A stretch of 64,000 bases of DNA from an uncultured bacterium (GTDB lineage Bacteria > Babelota > Babeliae > Babelales > Vermiphilaceae): contig OY970172.1 of assembly GCA_963707655.1 (NCBI GenBank), positions 192,001-256,000 of the forward strand. The letters are read 5' to 3'. The position numbers and the translations under genes were made by a program. The notes under the pieces are model-generated. The model made no database searches. It was not told where the DNA came from and worked only from the letters and a program-made list of their open reading frames with translations. Shown here one piece after another: positions 49,397 through 58,758 of this stretch. Within the stretch, counting starts at the first letter, position 1. The number at the start of each line of letters is the position of its first letter.

Positions 49397-49777
49397 CTAG
49401 CTCTGCTGATTGGACTCTGTTGTTTCTGTGCCTTTCCATCCTTCAGCTATCAGTTGACCACCAAGTGTCGCGAATACACCTGATAATAGGATCATAGCCG
49501 GTGCAAAGGCCGTTCCATCATTATAAGTGCCGTTCTTCAGCCATTCACGCAAAATGTCTATTGCAAGTGCGCTGACTGCCCCGGCAACGACAATCAGACC
49601 GGTTCCGGCAAGAACTTCTTCTATATTAATTTTTTTTGTAGAAACTTTATTTTGTGGTTCATGAGGTTTTTCTACTTTTGCAGACACGTCACTTTCAATG
49701 CATTGGGTCTGGAATGAAAATGACCCCATTACTACAATGAAAATAATCACACTAATTTTGTTAAGAATCGTATTCAT
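49397..49777 (-). CDS. Secreted/membrane hypothetical protein
   Basis: Signal peptide and two TM helices; hairpin 49311-49338 downstream. Confidence 0.65.
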   Translation of the reverse strand: MNTILNKISVIIFIVVMGSFSFQTQCIESDVSAKVEKPHEPQNKVSTKKINIEEVLAGTGLIVVAGAVSALAIDILREWLKNGTYNDGTAFAPAMILLSGVFATLGGQLIAEGWKGTETTESNQQS

Positions 49778-50028
49778 GATAAGCCTCATTTAAGGTTTTT
49801 TAACCGATTAGATTATGATTTACTGATTGTTTTTATAGTAACAGACATTATGAAATAAGTATAAAATAAATCTATTTGAATTATCTTTGCTCTGGTGGGG
49901 GATAGGGCAAATAAGGGTATAACCAAAAAACCCACCAATTGGCCTCAGGAAATTTGTCTTGTTCTTGATAACACGTATACGCCTTTGTTATAACATCAAA
50001 TATGATATTTTTTACCACATAAAGGAGA

Positions 50029-51363
50029 ATGTATATGATGCATGGTGCAAGCCTGTTCGGCGAAAACCTTATGACGCAAGAGCTCTGGCAGAGACGCTCA
50101 GTAAAAAATCGAAGGTCTCCTTTCTTTAAAAAAAGTTTTTTGTGTGTTGTTCTATCTCTGATGTCCCCAGTATTAGGTTCATCATGTCCTGACACTACGC
50201 CATGGAGTGCGCCGGTTAATGTAAGTAATTCTGGTAATGTCACCAGCAGTATATTCTCTGCGGCAACATCTGCCGGTTTCATGGCCGTGTGGGCAGACTC
50301 TTCAAATAACGCTAATTATAGTTTTTCAAGCGATGGTGCTAGTTGGCAAAGCGGTTTAGTCACTCCTGCCGTAGGGGACGTTGCTCCTTCTTCAGATGTT
50401 TTTGTTGCCGGTAATGCCAGTGGCTTTCTGGTAGCATGGATGGATAGTTCAAATAATGGCTGGTCAAGCTTTTCCGCTAATAATGGCAGTAGCTGGAGTC
50501 CCGCGATTCAAATAAATGGTTCGTTAGCACTGGATCCCAACGCTGATATTTACGTCAGCGCGGGAACGGGCGGTTTTGTCGCCACCATGATAGCAGGGGG
50601 TGGATTCGGCAGCGATAACGCGTATGTAAGTTTTTCGACCGGCACTTCAGGGTGGAGTATTCCTACGCAAGTTACTACCGATGGGTCGGTATCTAACTAT
50701 GCAAATCCGAGCACATCATCAGGAAGAGGATTTGTGTGCGCCGATGTTGTGGGTAATACCTGTATGTTGACGTGGCTCACGGTTAGCTACTCAACAGCTT
50801 CAGCTTTCTTTACCTCAATTAATCCTTTTTCATCAACTACCGTTTATCCTATAGTGAGCGTAGGTTATTATGAAAGCGCTGCTATTGTGGCATCACTCAA
50901 TGGCTATTATATGGAAACTGCACGAGCGAATATAAGTGGTACTAATGGGGTAAATAATTATTCTGTGTGTACGAGCCCGGCTAACTGGGCGGCATTTTCA
51001 GTCACTTTATCAACAGCACCACGCAATCCTGGTGTTGGCCCTTGGGTTGCTGCTAATCCTACTGGCTTTATGTCGAGCTGGGCTGAGACGGCTGATCAGG
51101 CGAGTTATCCGGGCACGCCTATGTGGATCTTCTCCAGTAACAATGGCTTCAACTGGACACCGGTATGTTCTATTTTGCAGTCACCATCATCTACCACCAT
51201 ACTTGGTCCTGTTGGCTTGAGCGGCAATTATAAAGGCTTTGTATCTACGTGGGTAGATAGCGCTGATTCAAATGCGTATGCATCATTTTATTCTGCTCCC
51301 TCATCAACCGGGTATGATGTATTTGTAGAATTACTGCAACAAAAATATGGCCCGCTCTTATAA
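50029..51363 (+). CDS. Secreted Ser/Gly-rich Asp-box (BNR) beta-propeller-like protein
   Basis: Repeats SSDGASW, SANNGSSW, SSNNGFNW, each preceded by GF.A/S.W; start uncertain. Confidence 0.78.
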   Translation: MYMMHGASLFGENLMTQELWQRRSVKNRRSPFFKKSFLCVVLSLMSPVLGSSCPDTTPWSAPVNVSNSGNVTSSIFSAATSAGFMAVWADSSNNANYSFSSDGASWQSGLVTPAVGDVAPSSDVFVAGNASGFLVAWMDSSNNGWSSFSANNGSSWSPAIQINGSLALDPNADIYVSAGTGGFVATMIAGGGFGSDNAYVSFSTGTSGWSIPTQVTTDGSVSNYANPSTSSGRGFVCADVVGNTCMLTWLTVSYSTASAFFTSINPFSSTTVYPIVSVGYYESAAIVASLNGYYMETARANISGTNGVNNYSVCTSPANWAAFSVTLSTAPRNPGVGPWVAANPTGFMSSWAETADQASYPGTPMWIFSSNNGFNWTPVCSILQSPSSTTILGPVGLSGNYKGFVSTWVDSADSNAYASFYSAPSSTGYDVFVELLQQKYGPLL

Positions 51364-51376
51364 AAGGAAATTTATA

Positions 51377-52798
51377 ATGAAGACACTTTTTACACAAAAA
51401 ACTTTATTCACCTTTCTGGCACTCGCGAGCATAGGAACCCAAATGCTCCGCGCAGATTGCTACGCACATTCTATTTTTGTACCACGTCAACTCGCTTATA
51501 ATCCTATGTATGAAGATGCGCTTGTTTTTGAAGAATATGCGCATATGGATGATAAATTTTTGCTCTCAGTTAAACCCATTTATACGCAAACCGTTGGTAA
51601 ATCGATAAAAAAATATTTTAATATCGATCACTTGTGCTCCATGAATGTGCAAGAAAATGGCTCGGGAAATATTGACTCGCTTTGGTTCCAAGTTATTTCT
51701 GCTCCGGGCGCCTTCTATTCTTCAACATTGTCATTTAATCCGGTGCAAAAAACAGCGGGTGCTTTAGTTTATTTTGCCTGGATGTTTTCTGAAGATTGTG
51801 CATTAACCGTAAACACGGCGTTTATCAACCGAAAAACAAATATGCATATCTGCGAGACAAACATTGCTAATCTTGGGCAAGCGCCCGGATTTGCCACGAT
51901 CAGCCAATCGTTCATGAATCCAGCTATGCTGTATGGCAAAATTTGTGGCGAGCGATCAAAAGGGGGTGTTGATGATCTGCAAATCAAATTGCTCAAGAAT
52001 TTTTATTTGTGTGAGGATGAATCACTATTCGCAGATATCTATGCATTAGTGGGAGTGCCAACAGGACACGGCTCACGAGCAGTGTATCTCTTTGAACCGC
52101 TGGTGGGATCAAATCATGCGCAATTTGGCCTTGGTCTTAACGCTGAAAAATCATTTGACTGCCTGTGTGATGGGTTTTCGTTATACGGTGAGCTTAAATG
52201 GCGTTATGCTTTTAAAGCAACAGAAACCAGATCATTTGATATGGCGCCAAATGGCCAATGGTCGCGCTATATGCTGTTCACCACACCAACGGCAGATGCA
52301 ACACCATTTCCGGCGATTAACGATCTTACGTTTAAAGCACAGGTTACCCCGCGCAACTCATTCGATCTGCTGGTAGCGGCACACGCCGAACTGTGCAGAT
52401 TCAGTTTTGAACTCGGTTACAATTTCTGGTATCGCCAATCAGAAAAAGTGTGCCCCTACATCTGCTTGCCTCCCGTTGGTATTGCCGATCTGGTAGGTAT
52501 AGCGCAATTGCCGGCACCGGTGACTATCACTACCTCAAGCAAGGCAACTATTTCTGAAGGAGTGTATCCAAATCAATATCAAATGCCGCGTGATGCAGCA
52601 TACACCGTGGTAACTGCAGCAAATATTAATCCCTGCAGTGGCGCACAAGCAGCTTCAATGGCAAACGGCGTATTTGGTTCAATCGGTTGTCAATGTAATT
52701 GCTGGGATTTCGGCCTCAATGCATCATACGAAGGGGCCGCAAATAGCAATACCGCAAGTGTTGCTTCAGTATGGGTGAACATCGATTTTCTGTTTTAA
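51377..52798 (+). CDS. Probable outer-membrane beta-barrel protein
   Basis: Signal peptide, alternating beta-strand pattern, C-terminal ...VNIDFLF. Confidence 0.7.
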   Translation: MKTLFTQKTLFTFLALASIGTQMLRADCYAHSIFVPRQLAYNPMYEDALVFEEYAHMDDKFLLSVKPIYTQTVGKSIKKYFNIDHLCSMNVQENGSGNIDSLWFQVISAPGAFYSSTLSFNPVQKTAGALVYFAWMFSEDCALTVNTAFINRKTNMHICETNIANLGQAPGFATISQSFMNPAMLYGKICGERSKGGVDDLQIKLLKNFYLCEDESLFADIYALVGVPTGHGSRAVYLFEPLVGSNHAQFGLGLNAEKSFDCLCDGFSLYGELKWRYAFKATETRSFDMAPNGQWSRYMLFTTPTADATPFPAINDLTFKAQVTPRNSFDLLVAAHAELCRFSFELGYNFWYRQSEKVCPYICLPPVGIADLVGIAQLPAPVTITTSSKATISEGVYPNQYQMPRDAAYTVVTAANINPCSGAQAASMANGVFGSIGCQCNCWDFGLNASYEGAANSNTASVASVWVNIDFLF

Positions 52799-52813
52799 GT
52801 GATAGGTACAACT

Positions 52814-52846
52814 AAAAAAAGACCGCTTTTAAAGGCGGTCTTTTTT
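52814..52846. terminator. Bidirectional intrinsic terminator
   Basis: aaaaaaagaccgc-ttttaaag-gcggtctttttt. Confidence 0.88.
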
Positions 52847-53023
52847 ATTGAGTAATCTAATTAAGAAACTGGTTCTAATTGGCTCCTTCCAGAGTTGCTA
52901 AGAACTGGTCTGCCAGACGAAGCCCTGCGTAGCAGGAGCGAAGACTGGCGGTACCTCATTGACGCGTTCGGTACGCATGATGTTGAATTTAGCTTTAGCT
53001 TACAAAGCATCCAAACGGTATTT

Positions 53024-53896
53024 TCATTGCTTGGAGTTGGCAATCCCACATAGTATTCCTAAACAAAAGGGATAAAAAACTTGAAAAAGTGTAACGGGAC
53101 CGCGACACTTAAAGAATTGGGCTTTTTCTTTTGGTCCGTATTCAGTAGCTACGCCATAAAGAATAATGTTTTGAATTTGTTTATCTTTAAAGATCACTTT
53201 CCATAGGGCGCCACCGCTTAAACCACAAAAAGATTTAGGAACTTTATTTTTTGTTTGAATCGGGCAAGTAATATAATCTAAGGTAACCATAAGATTAATA
53301 GGAGCTTCATAGGAACAGGTCCCATATTCAATAGTACTGGGTATCACTATATTGGATCCACCTTTATAAACTACAATTATATTATAAGGTGGTGTTGAAA
53401 CTCCATATTGTCTTTTTTTACCTTCAGCTACAACACCATTAATAACCCAAATGCCTGCTTTACTATCATCTACAGTGAAAGGTTTATGTTCTTGGGCGGA
53501 TTGGTCCATGTCCCAAAACCTTTTGCCCAAACTTTCAATGACTTCATAGGCGCTTGGACGCAGAGCAAAAAAAGCTAAATCAACTCCAACACCCGGAGCA
53601 AGTGCAGGTATTCTAATGATGTTCTCAAATTGTAAAATTTTTGAATCTGGAGCCGAATATAATATATGCACATAAGAAAGGTTTTTATCTATGAAAATTT
53701 TTGCTACGTGATCATTAGTTAACAATCCTTTTACTCCACCAATTATAACAAATGTTCCACTACCAAGCTCTGTATCTTTTATTATGCTGGAGGGACTAAA
53801 TAATGCAGTACTATATATGCCAGTAGCTTGAGCTACACTGTTTTTATAATAATCTTGTTCTTCAAGTGTCATTGTTGATTCGTTTTTTTCATTCAT
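53024..53896 (-). CDS. Trypsin-like serine protease
   Basis: GSG, LLTNDHVA (His), VDLAF (Asp), GLSGGALW (Ser). Confidence 0.8.
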   Translation of the reverse strand: MNEKNESTMTLEEQDYYKNSVAQATGIYSTALFSPSSIIKDTELGSGTFVIIGGVKGLLTNDHVAKIFIDKNLSYVHILYSAPDSKILQFENIIRIPALAPGVGVDLAFFALRPSAYEVIESLGKRFWDMDQSAQEHKPFTVDDSKAGIWVINGVVAEGKKRQYGVSTPPYNIIVVYKGGSNIVIPSTIEYGTCSYEAPINLMVTLDYITCPIQTKNKVPKSFCGLSGGALWKVIFKDKQIQNIILYGVATEYGPKEKAQFFKCRGPVTLFQVFYPFCLGILCGIANSKQ

Positions 53897-54031
53897 GAGT
53901 TTTGCCTTTTGTTACTTATTCATTAAAGATTTAAAATTGTATAAAGGTTAAGGAGTTACCCAAACAATTGCAATTAAGCTATGGAATTTTTGTTACACCT
54001 CTAAAAGAACCACATATACTTTCTCAAAGAG

Positions 54032-54099
54032 CAATTTTATAACACGAACCATTCAAACGATATTCTATTGGGCCATGATTGCGAACCAATAGAACGTAA
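54032..54099 (-). repeat. ~65-bp repeated site A (inverted relative to B and C)
   Basis: Reverse complement reads ttacgttctattggttcgcaatcatggcccaatagaatatcgtttgaatggttcgtgttataaaattg. Confidence 0.88.
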
Positions 54100-54194
54100 T
54101 TCAAAAGAAAAGGTGATTTGTTCTTGCAATTCATTACAAATCACCTATAATCTCCAGCAATGTAATGAATGTATCTGCACCCAAGGAGAGCACA

Positions 54195-54293
54195 ATGAAA
54201 TTCATCTTACCTATCAGGGCACATAGCCTGATTACATCCATCCATGAGCAGTGGCTCACGCGTTGCGATGCATCGGACATACTCGTGCAATAG
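54195..54293 (+). CDS. Conserved 32-aa leader ORF (MKFILPIRAHSLITSIHEQWLTRCDASDILVQ)
   Basis: AAGGAG RBS; homologue at 33520. Confidence 0.55.
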   Translation: MKFILPIRAHSLITSIHEQWLTRCDASDILVQ

Positions 54294-54383
54294 CACCCAC
54301 ACCCAAAACAATCCCTATTAATTTTTAAATATACGCTGATAAGAGATCGGCATGGATGATACCTGAATCCTTGAAAGTTTTTT

Positions 54384-54752
54384 ATGATGGTAAGAAGAAA
54401 AGTACCTGTTAAAGTTGTTCTCAATGCTGAAGAACTCAATAAAATGGCTATGTTCTTTGCAGTTCTTGTTGCGGTTGACAGACGAGTCAATGGTAATAAA
54501 AACAAAGCTAAAAAAGCAAAAATGAAGCCAAAAGACCAAACTAAAATAACCTCCATTTGGAATGAGGCCTGCCTAAAAAGCAGGTCTTTTTATTTCCTTA
54601 CAACTACTGTATCTTTAAGGGCAGCCCATGAAAGTAGCGCCCGTAAAAGGTACATCAATGATAGACACAGTTGTTTTAACACTCGGCTCGGATATATTCA
54701 GCATCACCGATCTGGATGCCTTTACTCCATCAGCTCATTGGGCATTGCCTAA
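54384..54752 (+). CDS. Small basic protein upstream of rep
   Basis: Homologue of 33709-34032. Confidence 0.55.
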   Translation: MMVRRKVPVKVVLNAEELNKMAMFFAVLVAVDRRVNGNKNKAKKAKMKPKDQTKITSIWNEACLKSRSFYFLTTTVSLRAAHESSARKRYINDRHSCFNTRLGYIQHHRSGCLYSISSLGIA

Positions 54753-55782
54753 TGCAGCCCGTGTTCAGCCGGGCACCCAATCAAAACAAAACCCAACCAA
54801 AAAAGAGTTATTGGCCGGCATTTACAAGCCTCGGCTCACACTCGCGCGCCGCATCAATTTGCATGGCCGCAGTGAGATTATGCTTAAAATTGAGTTATCT
54901 CTTCCCAAGCTATTTTTCGGCAACAATTTTGATGAACTGCGCCTGAAAGATTTTAAACCGCTCATGCAAAAATTAGTTACGGCGCTAGAGAGCATGGGTG
55001 TTCGTGTTACTGCTGCCGATCTTGCACAGGCAGACGTACTGGCCGTCCATTATTCTAAAAATATTCTTCTTAAGGACGGTTCAACTCCATACCACTACAT
55101 TAATAAAATAAGAGAAGCCAATATCAAGCTATCGCTTGATACGAACCAAACGGATTACCGCAATGAAGGCCATAGCTACAAATGGCACTGCAATTCATAT
55201 GAAGTGGTATTTTATGACAAAATTCGCGATCTTGAAAAAGCAAAGAAGAGCGAAAAGCGCGCGCTGGAAAAAGATAGCGCATTGCAGCTGAATCTATTTG
55301 ATATGTTGCAAAAAAGGAAAAAGCTGGAAATATTGCGCATGGAAGTGCGCCTGAATAAGCGGCAAAAAATAAAACAACTTTTGCAAGCACTCAAGATTAA
55401 GCCCATCCTCACCTTGCAGGGCTTATTTAAAGGTGCTATATCAAAAAAGGTATTATTGCATTACTTGGATGAATTGGAGCGTAAGAGAAGCCCATTGCTT
55501 GATTACAGGGCTACGGATAAGGGATTGCTAACCGCTTTGATATTTAATAACCCTGATCTTGGTCCCAAACAGATTTTACAATTGTATGGATTAAAGAAGG
55601 CGCTTGAAGTGGTGGATGCTCGCGAGCTGAGAGTGATGTTTGCCAAATACAATGCACGCAGTTGGTATCGGCTCATGGCTGATGCAAATAAGGTTAAACT
55701 GCCAATGAAAAATAGCTCATTCAGCGAAATACGAAAACATTTAATTAAATTTAAGCCATTGAGGTACAATTCATGGCTTTAA
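54658..55782 (+). CDS. Phage/plasmid replication initiator, gene II/X-like (rolling circle)
   Basis: MIDT start, IELSLPKL.FGNN, FYDK..D, LRMEVRL motif order. Confidence 0.72.
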   Translation: MIDTVVLTLGSDIFSITDLDAFTPSAHWALPNAARVQPGTQSKQNPTKKELLAGIYKPRLTLARRINLHGRSEIMLKIELSLPKLFFGNNFDELRLKDFKPLMQKLVTALESMGVRVTAADLAQADVLAVHYSKNILLKDGSTPYHYINKIREANIKLSLDTNQTDYRNEGHSYKWHCNSYEVVFYDKIRDLEKAKKSEKRALEKDSALQLNLFDMLQKRKKLEILRMEVRLNKRQKIKQLLQALKIKPILTLQGLFKGAISKKVLLHYLDELERKRSPLLDYRATDKGLLTALIFNNPDLGPKQILQLYGLKKALEVVDARELRVMFAKYNARSWYRLMADANKVKLPMKNSSFSEIRKHLIKFKPLRYNSWL

Positions 55783-56468
55783 AATCACCTGCACAAAAAA
55801 TTATGTCCTCTCTTGCTATGTTCAAATTTTCAAGAACAGAATTGCGTTTTATGCGAGATGAAGCGGTGAATTGGGAAGAATTGAGTAAACAAATAATGGA
55901 AGGGACAAATTGTATTCCGATTGGAAAGACAAAATCTGATTATGCAAAAGTAATTGAGGCGATTCGCTTGGCTGCTTGCGGCTATCATGTTGAGATTATG
56001 GGACAGGCTTTAGAAGAATATATTTCTGAAAAAAACTTGAGTAATATTGCTTCTTTATATGAGTTAGAAAAATATTTATTTCTTCTTAGATGTGCTTTAT
56101 TGCACACAGAGGGGGAGTTGCTGGCTAAATGGCAATTTAATAGAAACAATCCAACTAAAAAAGAGATAAATGCTATAAAGAAACTACAAGCAGGAGGTTT
56201 AAAAATTAAAATCCCTGTTATAAAAGTGGAAGGAAAAGACGATTGTTATGATGAAAAATCAGAAATCTATAAGAAATTAACATTTAAAGTATATCTTAAA
56301 AAAAATAACAATAATGGAACCACCCATCCAATAGTTAGATTAAATGAAGGATTGATATATAAACTGATGCTTTTAAGTGATCACGTTTGCACTATTACAA
56401 AAAAGAAAAATCCATCTACATTACTTAAATATTTGAACCGAACTACTGTGAAAGAAAGAACAATATAA
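55773..56468 (+). CDS. Hypothetical protein coupled to rep
   Basis: 231-aa ORF, GAGG RBS, overlaps rep stop. Confidence 0.7.
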   Translation: MALKSPAQKIMSSLAMFKFSRTELRFMRDEAVNWEELSKQIMEGTNCIPIGKTKSDYAKVIEAIRLAACGYHVEIMGQALEEYISEKNLSNIASLYELEKYLFLLRCALLHTEGELLAKWQFNRNNPTKKEINAIKKLQAGGLKIKIPVIKVEGKDDCYDEKSEIYKKLTFKVYLKKNNNNGTTHPIVRLNEGLIYKLMLLSDHVCTITKKKNPSTLLKYLNRTTVKERTI

Positions 56469-56486
56469 GAATAAGAAATAAAAGCG

Positions 56487-56553
56487 TTACGTGCTATTGG
56501 TTCGCAATCATGGCAAAACAGGATTCCGTTGATTGGTTCGTGTTATAAAATTG
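56487..56553 (+). repeat. Repeated site B
   Basis: ttacgtgctattggttcgcaatcatggcaaaacaggattccgttgattggttcgtgttataaaattg. Confidence 0.88.
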
Positions 56554-58069
56554 GATTGATCTTGTGTGATAAGTGTTGCAAGATTTTATACATCGCATAA
56601 GTATCTAGCTGGCAATACTGCCTTAAATTGTTGGCGATTTCATTTTTTTCAGTTTCGGTGAGGGTTGCTCCCAGCATGGCAAACCATTTTTCGGAAGCGG
56701 CTCCGCCATCTTGAATCCCTAATGTAGCGTAAGACAGTTCGGGTACCAAAACAGGTAATATATTCTTGATAGATGTCTTTCCATTAAAGCCTGCGGCTAC
56801 ATAATGTTGTTTTTTAAAGATTTCTTCTAAATCAAAAAAACGATTATTTAAATTCTGTAAAAACGCTTCATATTCGGGATGACGTTCGCCTAATCCATTA
56901 TTTATCATTTGTTCAAAACTTTTATGCCAAACAATAATACTGCCAACATGACCTATCAGATCCATAAGCTTCTTAATTATAATCTCTGACGGATCAGAAT
57001 TAAATTCATGAAGATATTCATAATGTGCTGGCTCAGAATCAGTATCAGTTAACACATATAAAGAAAATTGAAATGGAAGTTGTTGATATGGTGTAAAGCC
57101 GTTAAAAAGCGGGATGGGGGAAGAATAGCTTTCATAATCTAGGAAGTATAATGGATACACCAGCTTATCCAATTCATGCTTGATTGCTATGGAATCAAAA
57201 ATTAGTTTTTTAAATTTGTAAGCATTCACCTGATTTTTTTGTATGTCAGTCAATTCAAAATTGTCAGGAATGTCATCAATATTCAAAATATTGGCATTAA
57301 TTAACGGGGTAAGTTTTTTTTGATTGATTCTGGCGATATCATGCACCGAGACAGCTGGTACATATGCATGTGAATAGCCAAATGACTTACAGTGTGTACT
57401 GCGTCCTTTATAAATACAATTACATGCTAAGGCTTCTTGTTCATTTTGTAACAAATCAATTTTCGCCTGCTGCATTCTGATTCTTGTTCTAGGTTCTCGT
57501 TCTTTCACCTTATCGGTTATATTACTGATAATAAAAAGCTCATTAATATCAATATCATGTATCCGAACATAATCTTTGTTAAGATGAATGATGAAGATAT
57601 CTTCTAGTTCAATTCCCTTCTCTTGCAATACTATTGCCTGGAAGGTAGCATCTTCAATGTGATCATTTTCATCACTAGTTTCTTCTAAAGAATTTTTCCC
57701 TTTTATTTCATAAAGTTTCCACTTGCCGCTTGTTGCATTGTATTCAAGCACGTCATTCCGTACTAAAAATTTGTCATGATAAAACGTTGCCTGAAACAAT
57801 ATGGGTGTCTTTTGTTCTATGTGTGATTGGGTAAGAAGAGCGGCATCATTACCATGCTTGTCGATCAGGATAGCTTGAGGGAACAATTGTTGCGCCCACG
57901 ATTCGGCCAAATTTCCTTTATCCAAAATGCCTTGTTCAAAGGCTGACAATGCAAAAAAATCCTGCAATACATCTTTTTTGTGTAGTCTGAGCCAGGCATT
58001 TTTTGGACATGCCAAATATTCTCGATATATAGTTTTATGAACAAATTTATTCATATCAATAACCGCCAT
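56543..58069 (-). CDS. DUF2779-domain protein (RecB/Cas4-like N-terminus plus RNase H-like domain)
   Basis: CPK..W, D.L...EIK, YFLDYES, PYQQLPFQFS, SIK..LP, YCQLDT. Confidence 0.85.
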   Translation of the reverse strand: MAVIDMNKFVHKTIYREYLACPKNAWLRLHKKDVLQDFFALSAFEQGILDKGNLAESWAQQLFPQAILIDKHGNDAALLTQSHIEQKTPILFQATFYHDKFLVRNDVLEYNATSGKWKLYEIKGKNSLEETSDENDHIEDATFQAIVLQEKGIELEDIFIIHLNKDYVRIHDIDINELFIISNITDKVKEREPRTRIRMQQAKIDLLQNEQEALACNCIYKGRSTHCKSFGYSHAYVPAVSVHDIARINQKKLTPLINANILNIDDIPDNFELTDIQKNQVNAYKFKKLIFDSIAIKHELDKLVYPLYFLDYESYSSPIPLFNGFTPYQQLPFQFSLYVLTDTDSEPAHYEYLHEFNSDPSEIIIKKLMDLIGHVGSIIVWHKSFEQMINNGLGERHPEYEAFLQNLNNRFFDLEEIFKKQHYVAAGFNGKTSIKNILPVLVPELSYATLGIQDGGAASEKWFAMLGATLTETEKNEIANNLRQYCQLDTYAMYKILQHLSHKINPIL

Positions 58070-58160
58070 GAAAGAAATGATAAATATCGCCTATTGAATA
58101 TATTATGCTACTTGCAAATAAAGTACAGCGATTATTACCATTTTTCATGTTTATTCCGAG

Positions 58161-58216
58161 TTTCGTCCATTGGTTCGTAATCATAGCCCAGCAGAATTCC
58201 GTTGATTGGTTCATGT
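58161..58216 (+). repeat. Repeated site C
   Basis: tttcgtccattggttcgtaatcatagcccagcagaattccgttgattggttcatgt. Confidence 0.85.
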
Positions 58217-58308
58217 CACTATGATAATTGTTATCGAAATAGCACTCTTGTGATAGACTGCTACGTTAAAAATACTCTCTTTTAAACAAATAAATTGAGG
58301 TAAAAAAT

Positions 58309-58758
58309 ATGTGCATATTTAGCTGGATATTTAAAAAAACAAAAGATACACCCACTATAAGTGTAGAGCAATTTGTATCTGAATCATTAGTACAAATTTG
58401 CAATGGAATTCGAAGCGCACAAACAAAAATAACCAGAATTCCTTTTGGAACAGATGAAGATAAATATTTTGTTCCCTATATTATGCCCTATCCAGCGGGA
58501 GGTAGAAAAGATGAAATATCTCAAATTCACTTTGATATTGCCGTTACTGTCTCGCATGCTAGATCTACCTCACATGTTGAAACCACATCAATCAAGGGCG
58601 CAATAACCACGCCGAATATATTCGTTGTCGAAGGACGTGCTAACTTAGAAAAAGGAAAAACAACTGACCAATCTGCTTCTTCAATTAGTCGCATAACCTT
58701 TTCTATTCCTGTTATTTATCCTCGGATGCCATTGCCTCTCTCTGGGAGTGAAAAATGA
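58309..58758 (+). CDS. Trypco2-like (trypsin co-occurring) small protein
   Basis: FVSESLVQI..GI..AQ, FDIAVTV, SRITFSIPV pattern; ATGA overlap with recombinase. Confidence 0.55.
   Translation: MCIFSWIFKKTKDTPTISVEQFVSESLVQICNGIRSAQTKITRIPFGTDEDKYFVPYIMPYPAGGRKDEISQIHFDIAVTVSHARSTSHVETTSIKGAITTPNIFVVEGRANLEKGKTTDQSASSISRITFSIPVIYPRMPLPLSGSEK

Larger units (their letters stand above)
54122..55688 (+). repeat. Copy 2 of promoter-leader-orf-rep block
   Basis: Colinear with 33446-35010. Confidence 0.95.

Noticed and set aside
54032..58216. Sites A/B/C as integron attC or XerCD dif sites
   Set aside because: No RYYYAAC...GTTRRRY ends, no hairpin shared by all three copies, no XerD-like arm and no tyrosine recombinase nearby.
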